From contig DAOVJP010000001.1 of assembly GCA_030673205.1 (NCBI GenBank), positions 1-26,536 of the forward strand: a DNA stretch of 26,536 nucleotides, in the 5' to 3' direction. The position numbers and the translations under genes were made by a program. The notes beneath the pieces are model-generated. The model ran no database searches and had not been told where the DNA came from. It saw only the letters and a program-made list of their open reading frames with translations. The stretch is from Thermoplasmata archaeon (GTDB taxonomy: Archaea > Thermoplasmatota > Thermoplasmata > JAGHBH01). Shown piece by piece: positions 8,713-17,919 of the stretch (position 1 is its first letter; each line of letters starts with the position of its first letter).

Positions 8713-9038
8713 TCCTCTCTCCCCGCCCCCACATCTACGGATGGAAAAGATAGAATACTATTCAGACCGTTCTCTAGTTCCTCTTTCTCTAGGGTCTCAC
8801 AGAGTTCGTCCTTCTCCTCTACGCTCATCTTTAGCAGGCGGTTCATAGGGACGATCATGTCGAGATTGGGAGACACAGGGGCCATGTGCAGATAATTGAG
8901 CTTCTCCAGAGCTCTCAACGTCCTCATGATTTCCTTTCTTGCCATATGAAGCTCTTTAGTGATCTGACCCGTGGTATACGGGTGATCACCAGACATTAGG
9001 AAGAGGACCACGTTCTCGTTTGTATCGGTCGTTGTCAA
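8709..9038 (-). CDS. Small wHTH-like protein, paralog A
   Basis: 109 aa. TTG start with SD GAGGTG. Pattern YTxxQIxxELxMxxxEIxxxLxxLExxxYL resembles a winged HTH. Confidence 0.75.
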   Translation of the reverse strand: MTTTDTNENVVLFLMSGDHPYTTGQITKELHMARKEIMRTLRALEKLNYLHMAPVSPNLDMIVPMNRLLKMSVEEKDELCETLEKEELENGLNSILSFPSVDVGAGREE

Positions 9039-9431
9039 GTTCGCACACCTCTAAGAAGGATATCTCGGATTGAGAGCGAACCCTCCTAAACTGTTTAACC
9101 CAAAGACTCCTTCACATATATGATATTCTCTAGATGGTTTAATAAGATTTCCACAAATAATGTAAATCTCCCTCCTTATAGATTTCCATTATCATACTTA
9201 GTATGGGTTTTGTATGCAAATAGTTGTCAAAATTCCATGCAGTGCTTTCATTGCACCCTGCGCCTACATCATCCACACCCCAATCATCCACGCCAGCTCC
9301 ACCTACGCCCACAACAGCTCCATGAGGAACGACTAGCCAGCAAGTCATCTTCGTGTGTGAACAGGGGAGAAAATGATATAAAGGGGGTACAGTGTTCCCC
9401 GCCCCACGTCCGCCCAAGGGAGGCAAGCAAA

Positions 9432-12400
9432 ATGCGGAAAAACCAATGGATTGGAATAATAGCAGCAGTACTAATGGTGCTCTCCACCGCTATGGTGGTC
9501 AGCATGCCGGAAGCACAGGCAGAGGATCTAAACAACCCGATAATCCAGGGTTTCGTTGGCATAACCACCAACGTCAACGTCACCGTCACCGAGGGACAGT
9601 CCACCTACCTGAAGGCCGGAAGCATAACGGTTCAGCTCTTCAAGACCTTTGATCTATACAACACCGAGCCCTACATGACCACCCCCACGGCTTCTGGAGG
9701 ATACTTCCACTTTGAAGTTCCACCGGGCAGCTACACCCTCGGTATAGAGAGCAAGGAGAGTGATGGGACATTCTATTACAGAGATGGGACCATCCTCGTC
9801 GAGGAGCTTGGCTACAATGACATAAACGCCTCTGCACACATTGCCATAGCAGAGGCGACCGTCGAATCCCACTTCCATGGCATCATAGCGGACGATGATG
9901 GCCCTGTGACGGGAGCGACAGTGACTTTTCACAAGGAGAACTTCGGCTTCACAGCCAGCGACATCACCGATAACGATGGGATATACGATGTGGACGTTTT
10001 CGCGGACACATTCGACATGAGTGTGGAGATCGATGGAACGGTCAGATACTATGGGGCCGCCACCGCCACAGTGAAGGCCAGCGATAACGTGGTCATGACC
10101 TTGAACGAGACACCCTACAACGGCGATGTCACAGTAAAAGTGAACGGCGCCGCACACGACGATGCAGACGTAGCTCTGGCAGGCCAGACCCTCACCGTAT
10201 CCGAACTGAAGAACAACGACAAGGTCGAGGTCAACTACTACTGGCAAAAACCCACTAACGAGTCGAAGAACACCTACGTCAACATAGACCCCGCCAAATT
10301 CACCCTCAGCCCCAGCCCCGTGGATGGCAGCATAACCAACGTGGGATACAAGAACATCACCGCGTGGTACACACTCAACGGTGACTACTCCTACGACCCT
10401 ACGACGAAGAAATTGGACGTCACGACCGTCATCAACGGCACCCTATATGCAGCCTACTCCTATCTTGAGCAGGATATAGCTGGAGCCAGATATGCGGGTC
10501 GCAACGTGAATGATGTGACCCTTTCTGAGATACTCTTGGGCGGCCGCGTCATGGACGACGACACAAGTAGCTACATTATGGAGGCAAATATCTACGCGGT
10601 CATGTATGATGGGACCCACATATACACCTCCGTGTCCCCTGGCCCATCCTTCAGCATAATGGTGCCAAAGGAGAACCCCGCCAAGGATTATACTCTCATA
10701 GTATATCCTGAGGGATACGCGCCGAGCACCACCACTCAGAATGTGGGCACGACCAACATAGATATTGATGATCTAGTGTTCACCTCCCTGGAGGACCAGT
10801 CCTCTTTGGAGACCCACATATTCTCTAGGGACGAGACATGGGACCACATAACGATAACGAAGACAATGGCCCTCAACGCATACGACTCGTTCCCCGGAAT
10901 GGACATGGACTTCAAGAACGTCCGTTTCCAGCTCGACGAGAACAAGGACGGTACGCTCAATCAGACAGAGCTCGATGACTTCACAGCAGACCTAGTGGCA
11001 AAGGGACCTGAGTTCCTCTCCACCTCCGGCTTCTTCTACTTCAACGACACGGACTACAACTCCGTGACAGGAAGCTATGGAGTCACGATCAACGTCCCCG
11101 GCCTAGATGCAACGCATCCGGTCCCGGTGAACGCTACCACCCCCATAACCGCTGTGTTCACCATGAACTACAACGCGAACGATCTCATAGCCGAGGATGA
11201 AGAGGAGTACCCCGCCGAACTGTTGTTCGACACTGACACTGGCGTATATCGCCTGACCCTCCTTGAGAACTATTCCAGAAGCGACAATTCCGCGTACAAC
11301 GAACCGAACGCCGCAGGGACCGTGGATGTCGTCTTCGATTCCAGCAGAGATCTGAGCCAGAGCATGACCATAAAGAAGAGATCGACCCCAGTGGCCGACA
11401 TAGTTGTAGGGGCCGGAGTCATCTCGAAGCTGGATGGCGAGAAATATTTCATCAAGAACGGCACCAACGTGACCTTCGACGCTAGCGGTAGCAGCGTTTC
11501 CGACGGCACCATCGAGCAATACAAATGGGACTTCGGAGCAGACCTGGGAACATGGAACGAGTCCGCTACTTCCTTCTACAACTTCACTGCGGATGATCAG
11601 GACGGAGTGACTGTAAAGCTGTGGGTCAAGGACACAACTGGACAGATCAACGACACCACCATTTTGATCATTCCAGACGGCCAGGCACCCACTGTCAACA
11701 TCGACGTGGACCTGACCCTTGCGGCTGGAGAATTGTGGATAGGACAGGGAGACAGCGTTGAGTTCAATGGAAATCAGAGCACCGATGGCGATGTAACGGA
11801 ATATGACAACCTCACCTTCAACTGGATGTTCGGCGATGGAGGCCTATCCAGTGAGGATATCGTATCCCATTCCTATGTCGACAACGGAACCTATGAGGTA
11901 ACGCTCAACATCACCGATGAGGTAGGCAACGTTGGCACCACCACATTGACCATACACGTGAACGACACGAATGATCCGATAGCCCAGTTCACCCCCGATC
12001 TGGCAAACCCACAAGAGGGCGACAATGTCACCTTCGACGCCTCCGCGTCCTATGACAGCGAGGGAAGCGTCATCACATACATCTGGGAGTGGGGAGACGG
12101 AACCGATGGTGATGAGGTCACAGATGCGAAGATCGAGCACACTTTCGAGAAGAACGGCACCTTCCAGGTGAACCTCACCGTGAAGGATGAGATGGGCAAC
12201 GAAGGGAAGACCAGCCGAAGCATCAACGTGAGACTGGGCCCCAGGCCGGACATAGAGGTCAAGGAGATAAACGTGGATGGCACTCCTGTCAACGGCAAAG
12301 CGGTAACAGTGACTGTCACCGTCATCAACACCGGTAACGAGAACTGTAGCGGGAGCGTGACCGTTGTGCTGAAGGACGGAGATGGAAACACGATCGGTAC

Positions 12401-12782
12401 CACCACCATCTCCGCTCTGGACAAGGGCGAATGGGGCAACGCCACCTTCTCATGGGAGCCTGCAGAATCCGGCGATCAGATGTTGACCGCCGAGGCAACC
12501 ACCGAAGGGGACATAACAGAACCATACATCCACCTCAGTGAGAGCGTCGCCGTCGAGCCCAGCGCCATGGAAGCCTACGGAACCACCATCATAGTGGTAG
12601 TGGTCATCGTTGTCCTCTTGGTACTCCTTTTCGGAAGGGACAAGATAAAGGACATCTTGGCTAAAGCAAGTGGTCCCAAGGAACCAAAAGAGCCTAAAGA
12701 GCCCAAGGAAAAGAAAGAGAAGAAAGACAAGGGCGAGAAGAAAGAGAAGAAAGACAAGAAGGGAAAAGAAGACAAACTCTAG
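9432..12782 (+). CDS. Large secreted/cell-surface protein (signal peptide, carboxypeptidase-regulatory-like Ig folds, 3 PKD, CARDB, C-terminal TM, Lys/Glu tail)
   Basis: Start MRKNQW.. at 9432 (SD GGGAGG) with a hydrophobic signal ending AQA. PKD motifs YKWDFG, FNWMFGDG and YIWEWGDG; PDIEV..VINTG is CARDB-like. About 25 NxS/T sequons by hand count. Confidence 0.85.
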   Translation: MRKNQWIGIIAAVLMVLSTAMVVSMPEAQAEDLNNPIIQGFVGITTNVNVTVTEGQSTYLKAGSITVQLFKTFDLYNTEPYMTTPTASGGYFHFEVPPGSYTLGIESKESDGTFYYRDGTILVEELGYNDINASAHIAIAEATVESHFHGIIADDDGPVTGATVTFHKENFGFTASDITDNDGIYDVDVFADTFDMSVEIDGTVRYYGAATATVKASDNVVMTLNETPYNGDVTVKVNGAAHDDADVALAGQTLTVSELKNNDKVEVNYYWQKPTNESKNTYVNIDPAKFTLSPSPVDGSITNVGYKNITAWYTLNGDYSYDPTTKKLDVTTVINGTLYAAYSYLEQDIAGARYAGRNVNDVTLSEILLGGRVMDDDTSSYIMEANIYAVMYDGTHIYTSVSPGPSFSIMVPKENPAKDYTLIVYPEGYAPSTTTQNVGTTNIDIDDLVFTSLEDQSSLETHIFSRDETWDHITITKTMALNAYDSFPGMDMDFKNVRFQLDENKDGTLNQTELDDFTADLVAKGPEFLSTSGFFYFNDTDYNSVTGSYGVTINVPGLDATHPVPVNATTPITAVFTMNYNANDLIAEDEEEYPAELLFDTDTGVYRLTLLENYSRSDNSAYNEPNAAGTVDVVFDSSRDLSQSMTIKKRSTPVADIVVGAGVISKLDGEKYFIKNGTNVTFDASGSSVSDGTIEQYKWDFGADLGTWNESATSFYNFTADDQDGVTVKLWVKDTTGQINDTTILIIPDGQAPTVNIDVDLTLAAGELWIGQGDSVEFNGNQSTDGDVTEYDNLTFNWMFGDGGLSSEDIVSHSYVDNGTYEVTLNITDEVGNVGTTTLTIHVNDTNDPIAQFTPDLANPQEGDNVTFDASASYDSEGSVITYIWEWGDGTDGDEVTDAKIEHTFEKNGTFQVNLTVKDEMGNEGKTSRSINVRLGPRPDIEVKEINVDGTPVNGKAVTVTVTVINTGNENCSGSVTVVLKDGDGNTIGTTTISALDKGEWGNATFSWEPAESGDQMLTAEATTEGDITEPYIHLSESVAVEPSAMEAYGTTIIVVVVIVVLLVLLFGRDKIKDILAKASGPKEPKEPKEPKEKKEKKDKGEKKEKKDKKGKEDKL

Positions 12783-12808
12783 GGTTCCTTAGCCTTCGAC
12801 CAAACACC

Positions 12809-12828
12809 CTTCCCCTTTTCCTTTTTTT
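12809..12828 (+). terminator. Probable archaeal oligo-T terminator
   Basis: Pyrimidine tract ending in T7 (12822-12828), ~40 nt after the stop codon. Confidence 0.55.
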
Positions 12829-12914
12829 ACCATCTAGCGGTCCTGCAACACAGAGGATCCGCATTGAGTATGCTCCTATACCCTTCGCCCATGCCTACCG
12901 CTGCATCTCAACCT

Positions 12915-14819
12915 CTACCGGTCCTTTCCATAGCCGATGGTTCCCATCGCCATCTCTATCTCCCCTAGGACGGCGGGGTCGTCTATGGTGGATGGGATCG
13001 CATATTCCTCACTATCCGCTATCTTGCGCATGGTGCCCCGCAATATCTTGCCGGAGCGGGTCTTCGGGAGCCGCTCCACCACCACCGCTTTCTTGAAGCA
13101 GGCAATGGCCCCTATTTCGGACCTGACACTTTGCACCACCTCGGAGGCCACCTCTTGGGGGCTCTTGCTGGCACCGGATTTTAGTACGAAGAGTCCTATG
13201 GGTACCTGGCCGCGTAGGTTGTCCGCCACACCCATCACCGCGCATTCTGCCACGTCGGGGTGTTCGGCCACGATCTCTTCCATGCTCCCAGTGGAGAGAC
13301 GATGGCCAGAAACGTTGATCACATCGTCCACGCGTCCCATGACAAATACATATCCATCTTCGTCCACATACCCACCATCCCCTGTGAAATAGTATCCGGG
13401 ATAGGGGTCCATGTATGTCTCTTTGAATCCCTTCTCATTCTGCCAGAGAGTGGAGAAGGTGCCGGGGGGCAGCGGGAGTTTGACAGCTATGATCCCATTC
13501 TCCCCTCTTGGCAGCTCTTCGCCACTGACTGGGTCCAGTATCCTTATGTCATATCCCGGCATGGGCACCGTGGCCGATCCCGGTTTCACCGGGAATTCTT
13601 CCAGGCCGCGGAAGTTCCCCGCTATCGTCCATCCCGTCTCTGTCTGCCACCAGTGGTCTATCACCGGCACCTTCAACAGGTTGGCAGCCCAGTGATAGGT
13701 GTCCGGGTCCAACCTCTCCCCTGCAAGGAAAAGGGTCTCGAAGGACGAGAGATCATATCCCTCCAGGTATTTTCCCTCTGGATCCTCTCTTTTTATGGCC
13801 CGGAAGGCCGTGGGGGCGGTGAACAGCGCCTTCACATTGTGCTGGGATATGACCCGCCAGAAAGCGCCGGGGTCCGGCGTTCCTATGGGCTTCCCTTCGT
13901 ACATCAGTGTTGTGGCACCAAGGAGCAGAGGGGCGTACACAATATAGGAATGGCCCACTACCCACCCAACGTCCGAAGCGGCCCAATAAACATCCCCCGG
14001 GTTAATTCCATAGATGTGTTTCATGGTCCATTTCATGGCAACTGCGTGGCCTCCGTTATCCCGTACCACGCCCTTCGGCAGCCCAGTGGTCCCGGATGTA
14101 TAGAGTATGTAAAGAGGGTCTGTAGCCTTCACCGGGACACAGTCCGCCGGGGAGGCGTTCTCCTCCTGCTCCATCCAATCCATGTCCCGTCCAGGGCGCA
14201 TCTCCGCGCTCACCTGGGGCCTCTGGAGTATCACGCATCTCTCGGGTTTGTGGGATGCGATGTCCACCGCCTCGTCCAGAAGCGGTTTGTAAGAGATAAC
14301 CTTCTGCCCCTCAATGCCACAGGATGCGGATAATATCACTTTGGGTCGAGCGTCATCTATCCTTATGGCCAGTTCCTTAGGGGCGAACCCTCCGAAGACA
14401 ACGGAGTGCACAGCACCCAACCGGGCGCAGGCCAGCATGGACATCAACGCCTCGGGTATCATGGGCATGTAGGATATGACGGTGTCCCCTTTGCCCACGC
14501 CAAGACCCTTGAGGAAACCAGCTATCTTGGACACTCTGTCCTTCAGTTCAGAATATGTGAACTTCGTGATGGTGTCGGTCACCGGGCTGTCGTAGATGAG
14601 GGCTGTCTGCTCTCCCCTTCCCTCTTCCACATGGTAGTCCAGGGCGTTGTAGCAGGTGTTCATCTCGCCGCCCACGAACCACTTGTAGAAAGGCATATTG
14701 GACGTGTCCAACACCTTGTCCCATTTCTTGTACCATGCTATATCCTCGCCTACATTGCCCCAGAATGCCTCCGGGTCTTCCATCGATTCCTTGAATGCCT
14801 TCTCGTATTCGCCGCCCAT
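12915..14819 (-). CDS. prpE: AMP-forming short-chain acyl-CoA synthetase, propionyl-CoA synthetase (PrpE/ACSS3)-like
   Basis: Motifs YTSGTTGLPKG and PKTRSGKILR. FLAGERLD and DHWWQTETGW resemble PrpE/ACSS3 more than Acs (VGEPI, DTWWQTETGG). Substrate not proven. Confidence 0.7.
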   Translation of the reverse strand: MGGEYEKAFKESMEDPEAFWGNVGEDIAWYKKWDKVLDTSNMPFYKWFVGGEMNTCYNALDYHVEEGRGEQTALIYDSPVTDTITKFTYSELKDRVSKIAGFLKGLGVGKGDTVISYMPMIPEALMSMLACARLGAVHSVVFGGFAPKELAIRIDDARPKVILSASCGIEGQKVISYKPLLDEAVDIASHKPERCVILQRPQVSAEMRPGRDMDWMEQEENASPADCVPVKATDPLYILYTSGTTGLPKGVVRDNGGHAVAMKWTMKHIYGINPGDVYWAASDVGWVVGHSYIVYAPLLLGATTLMYEGKPIGTPDPGAFWRVISQHNVKALFTAPTAFRAIKREDPEGKYLEGYDLSSFETLFLAGERLDPDTYHWAANLLKVPVIDHWWQTETGWTIAGNFRGLEEFPVKPGSATVPMPGYDIRILDPVSGEELPRGENGIIAVKLPLPPGTFSTLWQNEKGFKETYMDPYPGYYFTGDGGYVDEDGYVFVMGRVDDVINVSGHRLSTGSMEEIVAEHPDVAECAVMGVADNLRGQVPIGLFVLKSGASKSPQEVASEVVQSVRSEIGAIACFKKAVVVERLPKTRSGKILRGTMRKIADSEEYAIPSTIDDPAVLGEIEMAMGTIGYGKDR

Positions 14820-14843
14820 CGGATCACTTCCATCGAACTGTTC

Positions 14844-14947
14844 TATCTATCTTATTACATCCCTTACGATATCTATCTTATTACATCCCTTACGATATCT
14901 ATCTTATTACATCCCTTACGATATCTATCTTATTACATCCCTTGCGA
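14844..14947. repeat. Tandem repeat, 4 x 26 bp (TATCTATCTTATTACATCCCTTACGA)
   Basis: Copies start at 14844, 14870, 14896 and 14922; the last has one mismatch (14944) and overlaps the 3' end of the acyl-CoA dehydrogenase gene. No spacers. Confidence 0.97.
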
Positions 14948-16064
14948 TCACGAGACGCTGTATCTCCGACGTTCCTTCGTATATCTGGGTCACCTTTGCG
15001 TCTCTGAAATACCGCTCTACCACATAATCCTCGGTGTAACCATAGCCTCCATGTATCTGGATGGCATCTGTGGCGTTCTCCATCGCCGCCTCGGAGGCAA
15101 AGAGCTTCGCCATGGATGCCTCTCTGGTATAGCGTGATCCCGTATCCTTCAGGTATGCGGCCTTGTGAACAAGCAAACGAGCGGCGTCCACCTTCACAGC
15201 CATGTCCGCCAATTTCCACTGGATAGCCTGGAACTTGGCTATGGGTCGTCCGAACTGCTCTCGCTCCTTTGCATATTTCACACTCTCCTCCAACGCTCCC
15301 CTGGCTATGCCCACGCATTGTGCGGCTATGCCTATCCTTCCTCCGTCCAGTGCAGAGAGCGCTACCTTGAGCCCTGCGCCCTCGCCCCCTAACAGATTCT
15401 CTTGTGGAACATAACAATCCTCGAAGATGAGCTCGGATATCACGTCCGCATGCATCCCCATCTTCTCCTCTATCTTTCCAATGGTGAAGCCAGGGGTGTT
15501 TTTCTCCACGATGAAGGTGCTCAGCCCCCTGGAGCCCTTCGACCTGTCCGTCATGGCGGTGATTATGAGACATCCCGCATCTGGCCCGTTGGATATGAAA
15601 CATTTTGCGCCGTTCAGGACGTATCCCTCCCCTTTCCTCTCCGCCTTTGTCTGTATGGCCATGGCGTCGGAGCCCGCCTCTGGCTCGGTGATGGCAAAGC
15701 CCCCTACCATCTCACCTTTTGCGAGCGGCGGCACGTATTTCCTTTTCTGCTCCTCTGACCCGTATCGAAGTATAGGGAGGGTGCCCACGGAGGTGTGCAC
15801 TGCCACTATGACGGCGAGAGCGGCCCATGTCCTAGCGATCTCTTCCAATGCTAGGATGTAGGATATCATGTCCGTTCCGCCCCCGGAATATTCTTTTGGC
15901 ACGGGCATTCCAAGCAATCCCATCTTTGCCATCTTGGCCACATATTCCATAGGAAATTCCCGGGTCGCGTCCGCCTCTGAAGCGAAGGGGGCGACCTCTT
16001 CTTCCATGAATACGCGCACCGATTCCTGGATCATCCGTTGTTCCGGGGTTAGATCGAAGTTCAT
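14925..16064 (-). CDS. acd: Short-chain acyl-CoA dehydrogenase (butyryl-CoA dehydrogenase-like)
   Basis: Motifs FAITEPEAGSD, LNGAKCFISNG, EEKMG, GRIGIAAQ, R.QFGRPI, QIHGGYGY and IYEGTSEIQ. Confidence 0.93.
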   Translation of the reverse strand: MNFDLTPEQRMIQESVRVFMEEEVAPFASEADATREFPMEYVAKMAKMGLLGMPVPKEYSGGGTDMISYILALEEIARTWAALAVIVAVHTSVGTLPILRYGSEEQKRKYVPPLAKGEMVGGFAITEPEAGSDAMAIQTKAERKGEGYVLNGAKCFISNGPDAGCLIITAMTDRSKGSRGLSTFIVEKNTPGFTIGKIEEKMGMHADVISELIFEDCYVPQENLLGGEGAGLKVALSALDGGRIGIAAQCVGIARGALEESVKYAKEREQFGRPIAKFQAIQWKLADMAVKVDAARLLVHKAAYLKDTGSRYTREASMAKLFASEAAMENATDAIQIHGGYGYTEDYVVERYFRDAKVTQIYEGTSEIQRLVIARDVIR

Positions 16065-16165
16065 ATGCTCACCTCTGGAATAGAATTCACCTATGCTCTC
16101 CTAAGCATGGGTCGTTCGCTTGCCTCTGAGATGGCCTCATTTACCTCTGAGATATAGGCGCCCAC

Positions 16166-16996
16166 TCATTCACCTCTGAAATCCGGCTCTCTCTTCTCCA
16201 CAAAAGCCGCCATGCCCTCTTTCTGGTCCTTGGTGGCAAAGAGACCGGAGAAGAGCTTCGCCTCATGCTCCAACCCGTTGGCCAGAGTCATGTCCAGGCC
16301 CTCGTCCATCGCCTTTTTGGCGTTCTTCATCGCAACCGGACCCTTTGAAGCTATCTTGGTAGCCATGTCCATGGCGGCCTTGAGAACGGGTTCGTTGTCC
16401 TGCACCGGCTTTCCCTTTTCGTTCCTTATGCGCTCCCCGTTCTCATCCTTCTTGTAGCCCTCCACCACCTGCTGGGTCAAGCCTATGCTCTGGGCGGCTT
16501 TGGCGTTGATGATATCTCCGGTGTATATGAGTTCCTTGGCCTTGCCAGAGCCCACGAGGCGTGTTAGTCGCTGGGTTCCTCCAAAACCTGGGATGACGCC
16601 AAGGCTTACCTCTGGTTGGCCGAACTTAGCCGCCTCCGAGGCTATTCTGATATCACATGCCAGTGCCATCTCCGTTCCTCCTCCCAGGGCAAAGCCGTTG
16701 ACAGCCGCGATAACGGGGATAGGAAGCTGTTCCAGCTTTCTGAGCACACCATGGCCCAAATGGGCAAAGGCCAACGCTCCTTCGGGGTCCAGGTCCATCA
16801 TCTCTTTTATGTCGGCACCGGCCACGAACGCTCTCCCGGCGCCGGTGAGGACCACAGTCCTTATGGCGGGGTCCGAGCCTATGTCGTCGAGCGCCTTGTC
16901 TAGCTCGTTCAACAGCGCGGTGCACAGCACGTTCATGGGGGGGTTGTTGATTGTTATTACGGCGACCCCGTCCTTCTTCTCCATATCTATCATCAT
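16166..16996 (-). CDS. crt: Enoyl-CoA hydratase (crotonase) 1
   Basis: Motifs FVAGADIKE, GGGTE and GQPEV..G.IPG.GGTQRL (both catalytic Glu). Start placed at ATG 16996 after GGAAGGTGAG. Confidence 0.9.
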   Translation of the reverse strand: MMIDMEKKDGVAVITINNPPMNVLCTALLNELDKALDDIGSDPAIRTVVLTGAGRAFVAGADIKEMMDLDPEGALAFAHLGHGVLRKLEQLPIPVIAAVNGFALGGGTEMALACDIRIASEAAKFGQPEVSLGVIPGFGGTQRLTRLVGSGKAKELIYTGDIINAKAAQSIGLTQQVVEGYKKDENGERIRNEKGKPVQDNEPVLKAAMDMATKIASKGPVAMKNAKKAMDEGLDMTLANGLEHEAKLFSGLFATKDQKEGMAAFVEKREPDFRGE

Positions 16997-17012
16997 CTCA
17001 CCTTCCTGCCGT

Positions 17013-17867
17013 TCATCGAGTATATTCAAAGAATCCACGCCCGGTCTTCCTACCCAGGTAGCCCGCGTTCACCATCTTCTTCAATAGAGGGCAGGGCCGA
17101 TATTTGGAATCGGCGAAGCCGCCATACAAGACCTCCATGATGTACAAGCACGTGTCCAGGCCTATGAGGTCTGCCAGTTCCAGAGGGCCCATGGGATGGT
17201 TCATTCCCAGCTTCATCACCCCGTCTATGTCCTCTTTGCTAGCCACACCTTCCATGAGGCAGAACACCGCCTCGTTGATCATGGGCATGAGTATCCTGTT
17301 GGATATGAAGCCGGGGTAGTCGTGGGCCTCTATCGGGATCTTCCCCACCTGCTTTGCCAGCGCCACCACGCTCTCCGCTGTCTCATCGGACGTTCCCAGG
17401 CCCCTTATGACCTCTATCAGTTTCATGATGGGGACGGGGTTGAAGAAGTGCATGCCTATGAACTTGTCTGGCCGGGATGTGGCGGCGGCCATCTCGGTGA
17501 TGGGTATGGTGGACGTGTTGGAGGCGAATATGACATCCGGCCCGCATATCTCGTCCAGTTCCTTGAACACCTTCTTCTTCAATTCGATATTCTCCACCAC
17601 CGCCTCTATGATTATCTCACAGTCTTTCAGGTCTTCCACTTTGGTGGTTCCCTTTATCAGTGCCAGCGCCTGCTTCTTCTCCTCTTCGGTCATCTTTTCT
17701 CTGGCCACGCTCTTGGACAGGAACTTGTCTATCTTCTGCAGTCCGTTGTCCACATAGTTCTGCTCTATGTCCCGCATGATCACTTCGTGACCACTCTTGG
17801 CGGCTACCATGGCTATTCCGTGCCCCATAGTGCCTGCGCCTATGATGCCTATCTTCTTGATCTCCAT
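17013..17867 (-). CDS. hbd: (S)-3-hydroxybutyryl-CoA dehydrogenase, NAD-dependent
   Basis: Motifs GAGTMG, IIEAVVE, ASNTS, GMHFFNP, PGFISNR and HPMGPLELADLIGLD. Confidence 0.93.
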   Translation of the reverse strand: MEIKKIGIIGAGTMGHGIAMVAAKSGHEVIMRDIEQNYVDNGLQKIDKFLSKSVAREKMTEEEKKQALALIKGTTKVEDLKDCEIIIEAVVENIELKKKVFKELDEICGPDVIFASNTSTIPITEMAAATSRPDKFIGMHFFNPVPIMKLIEVIRGLGTSDETAESVVALAKQVGKIPIEAHDYPGFISNRILMPMINEAVFCLMEGVASKEDIDGVMKLGMNHPMGPLELADLIGLDTCLYIMEVLYGGFADSKYRPCPLLKKMVNAGYLGRKTGRGFFEYTR

Positions 17868-17919
17868 TCATCTCATCTCCCATATCTCGCTATTCTGCTA
17901 TCTGTAATTTATATGCAAT

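Noticed and set aside
9260-9322. C/A-rich short repeats (ATCATCCAC x2, CAGCTCCA x2) upstream of the surface-protein gene
   Set aside because: Low complexity with irregular spacing; no supportable RNA structure or function.
9120-9431. N-terminal 104 aa of the 1220-aa ORF
   Set aside because: Not protein-like; the signal peptide and SD begin at ATG 9432.
14844-14947. CRISPR array
   Set aside because: Repeats are head-to-tail with no spacers, derive from the acd 3' end, and no cas genes are present.
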